Shown piece by piece: positions 39,067-48,316 of a DNA stretch of 64,000 nucleotides. The position numbers were made by a program, and so were the translations under genes. The notes beneath the pieces are model-generated. The model was given only the letters and a program-made list of their open reading frames with translations, ran no database searches and had not been told where the DNA came from. The stretch's first letter is position 1; every line of letters starts with the position of its first letter. Source of the stretch: an uncultured Bacteroidales bacterium (GTDB taxonomy: Bacteria; Bacteroidota; Bacteroidia; Bacteroidales; UBA10428); assembly GCA_963822145.1 (NCBI GenBank), contig CAWGGG010000004.1:1252972-1316971 (forward strand), given 5' to 3'.

Positions 39067-40566
39067 ATGGATGCCAGATACCAACCGCCTTATAAGGCCC
39101 GACGTGAATTCATTAAGACTGCTTCAGTGGCAACAGCTGGATTCACCATACTACCTTCAGCAGTTATCAGCGGACTTGGGCATAAAGCTCCGAGTGACCG
39201 TTTGAATATTGCTGGTATCGGGGTTGGTGGAAAAGGTCATGCCAACCTGGTCGGCATGAAAACTGAAAATATAGTTGCCCTTTGTGATGTTGACTGGAAT
39301 TACAGCAAAACTTGTTTTGATGATTTCCCGGAGGCAAAAAAATATTGGGACTGGAGATTAATGTTTGATGAGATGGGGAAATCCTTCGATGCAGTAATGA
39401 TCTCCACAGCGGATCATACCCATGCCGTCATTGCTGCCCATGCCCTTACTCTGGGAAAACATGTCTATTGCCAGAAGCCGCTCACCCACGCTGTTTATGA
39501 ATCCAGGCTGCTAACGCAACTGGCCAGAAAGTACAGGGTTGCTACCCAAATGGGTAATCAGGGCAATTCAGGAGAAGATGTTAGAGAAGTATGTGAATGG
39601 ATATGGAATGGTGAAATCGGTGAAGTTAGGGAGGTGCACGCATGGACCAATCGTCCGATCTGGCCTCAGGGATTACAGCGTCCGGCCGAAATCATGAAAG
39701 TACCCAAAACCCTGAACTGGGATCTTTTCATCGGACCTGCTCCGTTAAGACCTTTCCATGAGATTTATACTCCCTGGAACTGGAGAGGGTGGTGGGACTT
39801 TGGTACCGGTGCCTTTGGGGACATGGCCTGTCATGTCCTTGACCCGGTTTATGCTGCACTTCATCTGGGTTATCCTACCCATATTACCGGAAGTTCAACC
39901 TTGATGAACACTGAAAGTGCCCCGCAGGCTGAAACGGTGCAGTTCCGGTTTCCCCCACGCGAAAACCTTCCGCGACTGGCCTTGCCCGAGGTCAGGGTTT
40001 ACTGGTATGACGGCGGAATTCTTCCCACACGGCCGGATCTGATCCCTCCGGGTTTTTCCCTGATGGACGATGGACTGGGTGGCTGTATCTTTGTCGGGAG
40101 CAAAGATACCCTGTTTTGTGGTTGCGGTGGAACCAACAAGAGGCTCCTTTCAGGCCGCCTGCCCCGGGTGGCAAAAACCCTGAGAAGGGTTCCCGGTGCA
40201 AAGGGCTATGTTGACGGGCCTCATGAGCAGGACTGGATCAGAGCCTGTAAGGAATCGCCTGAGTACAGAATTGAAGCAACTTCAAATTTTAGTTACTCAG
40301 GGCCTTTTAATGAGATGGTTTTACTGGGGGTTCTGGCGGTTCGCCTCCAGGGTCTTAACCGGATCCTGGAATGGGATGGTGAAAATATGGCATTCAGGAA
40401 CATTTCTGATTCAGATGAACTAAAAGTGGTCACCAAAGACGAATTTAAGGTGGTGAACGGGCATCCCAGTTTTGATACACAATATGCGACATTCAATGCG
40501 AAGCAATCAGCCCGGGAATATATCAGACATACCTACCGTGAAGGATGGAATCTGCCCGTGATTTAG
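39067..40566 (+). CDS. Gfo/Idh/MocA-family oxidoreductase with a twin-arginine signal
   Basis: 499-aa ORF. Tat-like ARREFIKTASVATAGF and Rossmann motif NIAGIGVGGKG. Confidence 0.8.
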   Translation: MDARYQPPYKARREFIKTASVATAGFTILPSAVISGLGHKAPSDRLNIAGIGVGGKGHANLVGMKTENIVALCDVDWNYSKTCFDDFPEAKKYWDWRLMFDEMGKSFDAVMISTADHTHAVIAAHALTLGKHVYCQKPLTHAVYESRLLTQLARKYRVATQMGNQGNSGEDVREVCEWIWNGEIGEVREVHAWTNRPIWPQGLQRPAEIMKVPKTLNWDLFIGPAPLRPFHEIYTPWNWRGWWDFGTGAFGDMACHVLDPVYAALHLGYPTHITGSSTLMNTESAPQAETVQFRFPPRENLPRLALPEVRVYWYDGGILPTRPDLIPPGFSLMDDGLGGCIFVGSKDTLFCGCGGTNKRLLSGRLPRVAKTLRRVPGAKGYVDGPHEQDWIRACKESPEYRIEATSNFSYSGPFNEMVLLGVLAVRLQGLNRILEWDGENMAFRNISDSDELKVVTKDEFKVVNGHPSFDTQYATFNAKQSAREYIRHTYREGWNLPVI

Positions 40567-40685
40567 AGAATGAGGGGTGACAGGAATAATTCAAAATATT
40601 AGATTATTTTTGATTTAACATGAACAAAAACAGTCTGAAATTGTCAAGGTATTGCGGATATGTAAATTTTAAAACACGCTGAAAC

Positions 40686-41627
40686 ATGAAGATTACGGTT
40701 GTTGGAGCTGGAAATGTTGGTGCGACTTGCGCAGATGTGCTAGCTCACAGGGATGCTGCCCACGAGATTGTACTGGTGGATATTAAACCGGGCATAGCTG
40801 AAGGAAAGGCGCTGGATATTTGGCAGAGTGCACCGATTGACAGGTTTAATTCAAAACCCATAGGAGTAACAGATAATTATCTTGCTACCGCAAACTCAAC
40901 CGTTGTGGTAATAACATCGGGACTGCCCCGCAAACCCGGTATGAGCCGCGATGACCTGATTGAAACCAATGCTGTAATCGTGAAGAGTGTGACCGAACAG
41001 GTAATCCAGTATTCACCCTGTGCCATTATCATCGTGGTTTCCAATCCTCTTGATGTCATGACTTACCAGGCCTATTTAACGTCACGTTTCCCCCGGACCA
41101 GGGTCATGGGTATGGCCGGAATTCTGGACACCGGACGTTATAAGGCATTCATTGCTGATGAGCTGAATGTATCTCCCAAAGACATCAGTGCCTTGCTACT
41201 CGGGGGGCATGGCGACACCATGGTTCCTTTGCCTAATTACACAACCGTTTCCGGAATACCGGTAACGGAATTGCTATCCAGGGAAAGAATAGACGCCATT
41301 GTGGAACGTACCCGGTTTGGCGGCGGAGAACTCGTAAAACTGATGGGTACTTCAGCCTGGTATGCACCTGGCTCTGCTGCAGCACAAATGGCTGAGGCAA
41401 TTGCCCGTAATCATAAACGTGTGTTTCCGTGTTGTGTGAAACTTGAGGGCGAATATGGCCTGGAGAATGTTTTTGTTGGAGTGCCTGTAGTACTTGGTAA
41501 AAACGGAATCGAAAGAATTATAGAACTAAGTCTTACCGACGAAGAGAAATTGCAGCTGAATGCAAGTGCTAAGGCTGTTAAAGAAATGATGGATGTACTT
41601 GATAAACTGGAAGAAAAAAGCCGTTAG
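40686..41627 (+). CDS. mdh: Malate dehydrogenase (LDH-like family)
   Basis: 313-aa ORF. Motifs MKITVVGAGNVGATCA, ITSGLPRKPGMSRDDL and GGHGDTMVP. Confidence 0.9.
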   Translation: MKITVVGAGNVGATCADVLAHRDAAHEIVLVDIKPGIAEGKALDIWQSAPIDRFNSKPIGVTDNYLATANSTVVVITSGLPRKPGMSRDDLIETNAVIVKSVTEQVIQYSPCAIIIVVSNPLDVMTYQAYLTSRFPRTRVMGMAGILDTGRYKAFIADELNVSPKDISALLLGGHGDTMVPLPNYTTVSGIPVTELLSRERIDAIVERTRFGGGELVKLMGTSAWYAPGSAAAQMAEAIARNHKRVFPCCVKLEGEYGLENVFVGVPVVLGKNGIERIIELSLTDEEKLQLNASAKAVKEMMDVLDKLEEKSR

Positions 41628-41645
41628 AGGGATCTAACGGCTTTT
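41616..41645. terminator. Bidirectional terminator hairpin between mdh (+) and a small minus-strand ORF
   Basis: 12-bp stem AAAAGCCGTTAG (41616-41627) / CTAACGGCTTTT (41634-41645), with loop AGGGAT. An A-run precedes it and a T-run follows. The mdh stop codon lies inside the stem. Confidence 0.7.
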
Positions 41646-41663
41646 CAACAGTTCGTTCATGAT

Positions 41664-41888
41664 TCAGTAGGCCGCATTCTCCTTAGCCGGATTCTTCATT
41701 ACGTAATCTCTCGAGAAATCTACTATCCTTCTCACTACACGATCATCCACATCACTCTCGAGGCATTTTAAGTAATATCCCACCGCTTCAAGTTCATCAC
41801 TTTCTAAAAATCCTGCAAGCTTAATAAATTCATTTTCATTATTATCGGAGAATTTGGTTGAACCAAAAAGAGTAGAGGTTCTGTTCAT
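41664..41888 (-). CDS. Small acidic hypothetical protein
   Basis: 74-aa ORF with an ATG start. I recognise no motif, so coding status is uncertain. Confidence 0.4.
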   Translation of the reverse strand: MNRTSTLFGSTKFSDNNENEFIKLAGFLESDELEAVGYYLKCLESDVDDRVVRRIVDFSRDYVMKNPAKENAAY

Positions 41889-41996
41889 AGATTAATTATT
41901 AAATTAATAATATTACTACATGTTAGAACGCACCAAATTATTCAGAAATTGTGATAAAGGTAATAATTTTTAATTACCGTGCAATAGTTAAGGGAA

Positions 41997-42132
41997 GGGA
42001 CCAGGGACGAGGGACGAGGGACAAGTAGCATCTGGAAGTGCTGTAATGATGGGGAAAATTCAATTACTGTTATTTCCCAACTGTATTACAATTCCTCAAA
42101 CACCTTGTCCCTTGTCCCTTGTCCCTCGTCCC
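41997..42132. repeat. Inverted pair of heptamer arrays (GGGACNA x4 / TYGTCCC x4) separated by 80 bp
   Basis: Left arm 41997-42024: gggacca gggacga gggacga gggacaa. Right arm 42105-42132: ttgtccc ttgtccc ttgtccc tcgtccc. The right arm ends 2 nt from the stop codon of the ECF sigma gene. Confidence 0.9.
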
Positions 42133-42134
42133 TT

Positions 42135-42725
42135 CTATGAAGCGGTAAGCGTGAGGTTCCTCTCCTTGACCATTCGCCGGAGGTTAAGCAAGGCATAACG
42201 CATCCGGCCCAATGCTGTGTTAATGCTTACATTGGTATGATCAGCAATTTCTTTGAAGCTTAATTCACAATACTGTCTCAGAATAAGAACCTCTTTTTGC
42301 TCCTCAGGCAGGTTATCGATAAGCCCGCGTAAATCCTTCCGGATCTGTCTGTCAATGATGCTGTCTTCTTCAGGTTTTACTGCATATTTTCTTGAATTCA
42401 GGATATCCAATCCAAAATCCTCACGGTAGGAAGCATTGAGCTGACGTTCCTTTCTGTAATGATCGATAACCAGATTATGGGCTATGCGCAGCACCCAGGC
42501 CAGAAATTTCCCGTTGTCACGGTATTTGCCTCCATCCAGAGATTTGATAACTTTAATAAAGGTATCCTGAAAGATGTCCTCAGCGAGATGCTGATTCTTC
42601 ACCAACAGGAAAATGTAGGTATAAACTTGTTTCCGATACCGGTTGATGAGCAGTTCAAGGCTGTTCATATCGCCGCTGATGAACTTGTCTACAAGCTCAT
42701 TGTCAGCCAAATAAATTTTATTCAA
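42135..42725 (-). CDS. ECF-type RNA polymerase sigma-70 family factor
   Basis: 196-aa ORF. Region 2: DIFQDTFIKVIK...FLAWVLRIAHNLVIDHYRKE. Region 4: LPEEQKEVLILRQYCELSFKEIADHTNVSINTALGRMRYAL. The start is a TTG preceded by AGGAGG. Confidence 0.85.
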   Translation of the reverse strand: MNKIYLADNELVDKFISGDMNSLELLINRYRKQVYTYIFLLVKNQHLAEDIFQDTFIKVIKSLDGGKYRDNGKFLAWVLRIAHNLVIDHYRKERQLNASYREDFGLDILNSRKYAVKPEEDSIIDRQIRKDLRGLIDNLPEEQKEVLILRQYCELSFKEIADHTNVSINTALGRMRYALLNLRRMVKERNLTLTAS

Positions 42726-42888
42726 AACTACCTCCTTTTTGAGTTAAAAGTAAAGTAGAATTGTAGCGATAGGCAGTCCTCCTGTTGTTGGTTTAATTTG
42801 CAAAGTAAACCGCTTTATAAAAATAAAGCAATAATTTTGTCGAAAGTATACTATTTTTTTTTCAAAAGCAACTTTTTTATTTTTCCAC

Positions 42889-45711
42889 ATGTCGGGTAAC
42901 AACTCTTTATACGAAAAAAATGTCATTTCGGTTTCAGGAGCAAGGGTGCATAATCTCAAAAACATCAGCCTTTCCATTCCGCGTGATAAATTAATTGTTG
43001 TTACTGGCCTTTCCGGTTCCGGTAAATCATCCCTGGCTTTTGATACGATTTATGCTGAAGGACAGCGCCGATATGTTGAGAGCTTATCATCCTATGCCCG
43101 GCAGTTCTTAGGCAGGATGAACAAACCTGAAGTAGACTTCATCAAAGGTTTGCCACCTGCCATTGCAATTGAACAAAAGGTGAATACCCGAAATCCCAGA
43201 TCCACGGTTGGTACATCAACTGAGATATACGATTACCTGAAACTGCTATTTGCCCGTATAGGCAAAACCTTTTCCCCTGTATCCGGGATAATGGTTAAGA
43301 AAGAAACCGCTACAGATGTGGCAGATTACATTACCTCCTTTCCGGAAGGAAGCCGGCTTCTGTTACTTTGTCCATTGAAGGGCAACGGGAATATAAGCTT
43401 TGCCCAAAAGCTGGAAGACCTCAAGCAACAGGGAATCACACGGCTTGAAATCAACGAAATGATTCTTAAACTCGAAGAGGCAATTGTGCAGTATAATCCC
43501 GAAGATGCCGGTGAGGTCAATATCGTGATTGACAGGATTGTGGTAGCTTATGACGAAGATTCCAGGAGTCGTTATGCCGACTCTGCCCAGATGGCTTTCC
43601 GGTCAGGAGAAGGAAAATGCATGGTTAAACCAGTCGATGGTGGGCCTGGGATGCGTTATTTCAGTGACACCTTTGAGGCTGATGGATTGCGGTTTGAAGA
43701 GCCTTCGGTACATATGTTCAGCTTCAATAATCCCATCGGGGCCTGTCCTCACTGTGAAGGATACGGGAAGGTCATCGGCATCGACGAAGACCTTGTCATT
43801 CCCAACAAGAATCTTTCAATATTTGAAGATGCAGTGGTGTGCTGGAAAGGGGAAAAGATGAACAAGTGGAAAGAAAAACTTATATACAGTGCTGATAAAT
43901 TTGGGTTCCCCATACACCGGCCCTATTTCGACCTGACAGAGGAGCAGCAACTGGCCCTTTGGAACGGAAATCGGTATTTTAAAGGTATTTATGCCTTTTT
44001 TAACTATCTTGAATCGAAGAAATATAAGATTCAGTACAGGGTTATGCTGGCACGCTACAGGGGCAAGACTGTCTGTCCGACCTGCCGGGGTACCCGACTG
44101 AAAAAAGAGGCCTCCTATGTTAAAATACAGGGAATCAGCATGCAGGATCTTGTTATTATGCCTGTTTCATTACTACGCAACTTCTTTCATGACATCAGGC
44201 TTAATCCGCATGATATGAAAATTGCCGGCAGAATTCTTACAGAAATACAAACCCGGTTACAGTATCTGACCGATGTCGGTCTTGGCTACCTCACCCTGAA
44301 CCGCCTCTCCTCTACCCTTTCGGGCGGAGAATCTCAGCGGATAAACCTGGCCACAACCCTGGGCAGCAGTCTGGTCGGTTCGCTTTATATCCTGGATGAG
44401 CCCAGTATTGGTTTGCACCCTCGTGACACCGGCCTGCTGGTAAAAGTATTGAAGAATCTTAAGAATATTGGCAATACTGTGCTGGTGGTAGAGCATGAGG
44501 AGGAAATCATACGAGCGGCAGATGAAATCATTGATATCGGACCACTGGCTGGTCGGATGGGTGGCGAGATTCTTTTTCACGGCTCCTTCCGCGAACTTAT
44601 TCAAAAACATGATGGTCTGACTGCCCAATACCTGCGTGGAGAGATGAAGATCGATGTGCCACCGGTGCGGAGAAAATGGAGCAATTATATTGAAATTTCA
44701 GGTGCCAGGGAAAACAATCTGAAGAACATCAATGTCAGAATCCCGCTGAATACCATGACGGTTATTACAGGGGTAAGCGGCTCGGGAAAATCATCGTTGG
44801 TTAAAGGAATTATTTATCCTGCTCTGAATAAACTCATCCAGGGTGCCGGAGATAAAGGTGGAAAATTCCAGGACCTATCAGGGGACCTGCATCTTCTTCA
44901 GGGCGTTGAATTTGTTGATCAGAACCCTATTGGCAAATCAACCCGGTCGAATCCGGTCACCTATATCAAAGCCTTTGATGAAATCAGAAAACTCTTTGCC
45001 GGTCAGACCCTTTCAAAGTATAACGGATTTACACCTTCTCATTTTTCTTTTAATATCGATGGTGGCAGATGTGAGGAGTGCCAGGGAGAGGGAGAGATCA
45101 AAGTGGAAATGCAGTTTATGGCGGATGTTCATCTGATTTGTGACAGTTGTCACGGACGCCGGTTCAAGGACGAGGTACTTGAGGTACATTACGAAGGTAA
45201 AAACATACATGATATTCTTGAACTCACCATTGAGGAAGCCATAAGCTTTTTCGGCTCTCAAAGAGGTTCCACGGAGAAAGTCATTGCCCGCAAGCTGACA
45301 CCCCTGGCTGATGTTGGGCTTGGATATGTAAAACTGGGTCAAGCCTCAAGCACCCTGAGTGGTGGTGAAAGTCAGCGCGTTAAGCTGGCCTCCTTCCTGG
45401 GCACAGAAAAAGAAGAGAAATCTGTACTTTTTATCTTCGATGAACCCACCACCGGTTTGCATTTTCATGACATCAGGAGACTTCTGGATGCCTTCAATGC
45501 ACTCATTACTAAGGGACATTCCGTTTTAATTGTGGAACACAATCCTGATGTAATAAAAACTGCTGATTGGGTAATTGACCTTGGACCTACTGGAGGTGAT
45601 GCGGGTGGTTACCTGGTTTGTGAGGGAACTCCTGAACAACTGGTGCAATGTGAAAATTCTTTTACCGGAAAGTTCCTTGCAGGAAAACTAAAAGTGAAAA
45701 GTGAAAAATGA
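42889..45711 (+). CDS. uvrA: Excinuclease ABC subunit A
   Basis: 940-aa ORF. It has two ABC ATPase modules ([25 protein letters not shown]; LSGGESQR twice) and zinc-finger cysteines. Confidence 0.95.
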   Translation: MSGNNSLYEKNVISVSGARVHNLKNISLSIPRDKLIVVTGLSGSGKSSLAFDTIYAEGQRRYVESLSSYARQFLGRMNKPEVDFIKGLPPAIAIEQKVNTRNPRSTVGTSTEIYDYLKLLFARIGKTFSPVSGIMVKKETATDVADYITSFPEGSRLLLLCPLKGNGNISFAQKLEDLKQQGITRLEINEMILKLEEAIVQYNPEDAGEVNIVIDRIVVAYDEDSRSRYADSAQMAFRSGEGKCMVKPVDGGPGMRYFSDTFEADGLRFEEPSVHMFSFNNPIGACPHCEGYGKVIGIDEDLVIPNKNLSIFEDAVVCWKGEKMNKWKEKLIYSADKFGFPIHRPYFDLTEEQQLALWNGNRYFKGIYAFFNYLESKKYKIQYRVMLARYRGKTVCPTCRGTRLKKEASYVKIQGISMQDLVIMPVSLLRNFFHDIRLNPHDMKIAGRILTEIQTRLQYLTDVGLGYLTLNRLSSTLSGGESQRINLATTLGSSLVGSLYILDEPSIGLHPRDTGLLVKVLKNLKNIGNTVLVVEHEEEIIRAADEIIDIGPLAGRMGGEILFHGSFRELIQKHDGLTAQYLRGEMKIDVPPVRRKWSNYIEISGARENNLKNINVRIPLNTMTVITGVSGSGKSSLVKGIIYPALNKLIQGAGDKGGKFQDLSGDLHLLQGVEFVDQNPIGKSTRSNPVTYIKAFDEIRKLFAGQTLSKYNGFTPSHFSFNIDGGRCEECQGEGEIKVEMQFMADVHLICDSCHGRRFKDEVLEVHYEGKNIHDILELTIEEAISFFGSQRGSTEKVIARKLTPLADVGLGYVKLGQASSTLSGGESQRVKLASFLGTEKEEKSVLFIFDEPTTGLHFHDIRRLLDAFNALITKGHSVLIVEHNPDVIKTADWVIDLGPTGGDAGGYLVCEGTPEQLVQCENSFTGKFLAGKLKVKSEK

Positions 45712-45771
45712 AAAGTGGAAGAAAACAGACTCTGCGTTTTTCACTTTTCATTTTTCACTTTTCATTATTCA
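45691..45771. repeat. Inverted pair of heptamer arrays (AAAGTGA-type) forming a 23-bp perfect hairpin between convergent genes; likely a bidirectional terminator
   Basis: Left units span 45691-45725 and overlap the last uvrA codons and its stop. Right units span 45737-45771. The perfect complementary arms are TGAAAAGTGAAAAATGAAAAGTG (45695-45717) and CACTTTTCATTTTTCACTTTTCA (45742-45764). Confidence 0.9.
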
Positions 45772-45777
45772 TTGATA

Positions 45778-46218
45778 CTATTTGTCCTGAAATCCAAACA
45801 TAATGGCCACACAGCCGCTGTTTGGAAATTCGCTTTTCTGAGCGGATACAGGGACTTTTATAACTATTTTAAGCTGTTGGCTTGATTCAAGCTTAAAATC
45901 CCAGGTACCATTCGTATCATGTTGCTTATTATCATAAAGAACATTTTTATAAGCATCAACAACCTGGAATTCAATAGGGGGCAAAGCTTCTGAACCACAA
46001 ATTGCCAAACGGTAGCTCTGACCCGAATAGAATGTTTTGTAAAGTTCTGCTTCTTCACCTTCAGTTAATATTGCCGCATGATAATTACCATCATGTATAT
46101 AACCCGTAAGCTCCAGTTTGCACAATTTCTTGGCAAATCCTTTGCATTGAGCATTGACCTTTAAACTGAATGTTACAAGAACGGCCAGGGTTACTATATA
46201 GGGGAGATACTTTTTCAT
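45778..46218 (-). CDS. Hypothetical secreted protein
   Basis: 146-aa ORF with a signal peptide (MKKYLPYIVTLAVLVTFSLKVNAQ) and four Cys. No family recognised. Confidence 0.6.
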   Translation of the reverse strand: MKKYLPYIVTLAVLVTFSLKVNAQCKGFAKKLCKLELTGYIHDGNYHAAILTEGEEAELYKTFYSGQSYRLAICGSEALPPIEFQVVDAYKNVLYDNKQHDTNGTWDFKLESSQQLKIVIKVPVSAQKSEFPNSGCVAIMFGFQDK

Positions 46219-46230
46219 ACGTATAGAATT

Positions 46231-47172
46231 TTATTGAACGAAATTATTTCTTAATGACTGAACAGCAGCCTGAAGCTCCAAAAATGCTTCAGCAGTATAG
46301 TTGATTTTGGTTTGTGAATTTAGCATGGCAACTCCGTTGGAATCAGCTTCACCAACTTTTACAGCAGAGGTCTGAACTTCAATTTTTTCATACGCGGCTT
46401 TCAGGCTATGAAGTTCATTAATGAGTTCAACAATATCCCTGTTTTCTTCACCCGTTGCTTTCTGCTTGTTGTCTTGTAACATCCTTTCAACAATACTGAA
46501 TGATAATTTCTGCTCAGCAATACGATCAGACAGTTTATTTCCTTTAACCGGACTGTTACCGACCAATTGTGACCCCAGATAAAGTCCCTCGATCCATCCT
46601 CCAACCAGTACCATGGCAGCAACATCCTGCTGGTCATTTTCTTTCAGGTATGAACTTGAATTCAGAAAAGTTTCGGATATGATATCCATTACCACATCAC
46701 GGTTATTCAGGTTCTGTTCCAGCCGCTTCATGGTTTCTTCATCAATAGCATCGCTGATGCCCATTTCCGTTGCCAGCTGCTTTGTAACATCCATGTATTT
46801 CAGGGAGGTCTGAGCCTGGTCGAACAGGCAGGCAAAGCTGAGATCTGTAGTGTAAATGCCCAGATTCAGGGCTTTACTTTTATTGGTTGAATACATTACA
46901 GCATTTTTAAGATCATTCAGTGCCATCTCGTTGTATGCAGCACCTGCTGATTTAATAAGCATAGCCGTTTCCAGCGGTGAGGGCAGGGAATAGAATATCT
47001 TTTTCGCTTTATCAATATCACTAAAAATATCTTCTTCTGTCAAAAAATCCTCAAAACCTACTTCTTTCCCATCCTGACCTTTTTTCCCTGATCGACATGA
47101 ATCGTTTAGCAGGAGGATTCCTAACAAAACGATAAGACTGACAAACCGCATATTAAAGTAATGATGTCGCAT
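46231..47172 (-). CDS. Hypothetical lipoprotein
   Basis: 313-aa ORF with a signal plus lipobox-like LLNDSC. It lies 12 nt upstream of the 146-aa ORF. Confidence 0.6.
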   Translation of the reverse strand: MRHHYFNMRFVSLIVLLGILLLNDSCRSGKKGQDGKEVGFEDFLTEEDIFSDIDKAKKIFYSLPSPLETAMLIKSAGAAYNEMALNDLKNAVMYSTNKSKALNLGIYTTDLSFACLFDQAQTSLKYMDVTKQLATEMGISDAIDEETMKRLEQNLNNRDVVMDIISETFLNSSSYLKENDQQDVAAMVLVGGWIEGLYLGSQLVGNSPVKGNKLSDRIAEQKLSFSIVERMLQDNKQKATGEENRDIVELINELHSLKAAYEKIEVQTSAVKVGEADSNGVAMLNSQTKINYTAEAFLELQAAVQSLRNNFVQ

Positions 47173-47362
47173 GAGTTAAGTGTTTAAAAGTTGACTTCTT
47201 AAATATATAAGAATCATAGTTGTAGTAAAATTACTATAATAAACGACTAAATTTTATTAAAGTTACTGTTTTGTTCTTTTTTTTGGTAGGTTACAATGAA
47301 CATGATATCAACAAATACTATCCCACCCGACTACAAATTGAATTACAATAAATTAATATGGT

Positions 47363-48028
47363 TTACACAGCGCCGGGATTGGGATTCCCAGATTCCTGCC
47401 CCCTGTAAAACCTGCAGTATTCTTTAATTCCGCAAGTGCTGCATTTTGGTTTTCGCGCCAGACAAACATACCTGCCGTGCAGTATAAGCCAATGATGGGC
47501 AAGGGAAAGCAGGTCTCTGGGGAAATGCTTGACCAATTGTTTTTCTGCAGCTTCAGGAGACCTGGCTCCAGTGGTTAGTCCCAGTCTGGCTGAAACCCTG
47601 AAAACATGCGTATCAACCGGCATGGCCGGATTTCCGAATGCCACAAGCGTAATAACATTTGCTGTTTTGCGACCTACGCCCGGCAGTGTCATCAATTCAT
47701 CAACAGATTCAGGCACCTGGCCGTTAAAATCCTCCATGATCTTCTTCGCCATGGCTGAAAGATGTTTCGCCTTGTTATTGGGATAGGTACAGGACCGAAT
47801 GTACTGAAAAATATCCGCGGGAGTGGTATTTGCCATTGCTTCCGGTGTGGGAAATTTCGCCAGCAGGGCAGGCGTGATAAGATTTACCCTTTTGTCGGTA
47901 CATTGAGCGGACAGAATAACGGAAACAACCAGACCAAAGGGATTGACATACTCCAATTCTGTTTCAGCAACGGGCACATATTCCAGGAAGTAGCTGATGA
48001 TTTTGGAGTATCTTTCCTTAATATTCAT
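47363..48028 (-). CDS. nth: Endonuclease III (DNA glycosylase/AP lyase)
   Basis: 221-aa ORF. HhH-GPD motif LPGVGRKTANV and an Fe-S cluster loop CLARKPKCSTCGIKEYC. Confidence 0.9.
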   Translation of the reverse strand: MNIKERYSKIISYFLEYVPVAETELEYVNPFGLVVSVILSAQCTDKRVNLITPALLAKFPTPEAMANTTPADIFQYIRSCTYPNNKAKHLSAMAKKIMEDFNGQVPESVDELMTLPGVGRKTANVITLVAFGNPAMPVDTHVFRVSARLGLTTGARSPEAAEKQLVKHFPRDLLSLAHHWLILHGRYVCLARKPKCSTCGIKEYCRFYRGQESGNPNPGAV

Positions 48029-48114
48029 TTGTTGGGTATCTTATGCAGCAAATTTAACACTTAAATCGATTTGTCATCCTCCGGTTCTTTAGCAGTGATA
48101 AATCTTGCCTTGCA

Positions 48115-48146
48115 TTTGTTTTTTAAAATTACTATGCCTATATTTG
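48115..48146 (+). promoter_or_regulatory. Candidate Bacteroidetes-type promoter (-33 TTTG, -7 TAtaTTTG) for the aromatic operon leader
   Basis: TTTG lies at 48115-48118 and TATATTTG at 48139-48146, with 20-bp spacing. The motif pair ends 19 nt upstream of the leader ORF ATG. Confidence 0.45.
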
Positions 48147-48164
48147 CATCATTATAATTTATAC

Positions 48165-48242
48165 ATGAATATAGTATCAAACATAGCCGCTTTCTTTTAC
48201 TTTTATTTTTGGGTAAAACCTGAAGGGGCTTTGTTTGTATAA
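48165..48242 (+). promoter_or_regulatory. Candidate attenuation leader peptide ORF MNIVSNIAAFFYFYFWVKPEGALFV*
   Basis: Hand translation gives 25 codons. Seven consecutive aromatic codons (F F Y F Y F W) occupy 48192-48212. The ORF lies between the promoter motif and a terminator, directly upstream of pheA. Confidence 0.6.
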
Positions 48243-48265
48243 CATTTAGATATAAAAGCAAAGAG

Positions 48266-48292
48266 GTCCCGCAAGAACGGGACTTTTTTTTT
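48266..48292 (+). terminator. Intrinsic terminator (attenuator) 25 nt upstream of pheA
   Basis: GTCCCG (48266-48271), loop CAAGAA, CGGGAC (48278-48283), then 9 T (48284-48292). Confidence 0.7.
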
Positions 48293-48316
48293 ATTTAAAC
48301 TGAAAAGTTAACAAGC

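Noticed and set aside
42744-42977. A 77-aa minus-strand ORF between the sigma factor gene and uvrA.
   Set aside because: It lies in the divergent promoter region and overlaps the uvrA start. It has no motif.
48061-48261. A 66-aa minus-strand ORF in the nth-pheA intergenic region.
   Set aside because: It has no motif and overlaps the promoter, leader and terminator arrangement on the + strand. That arrangement explains the region better.
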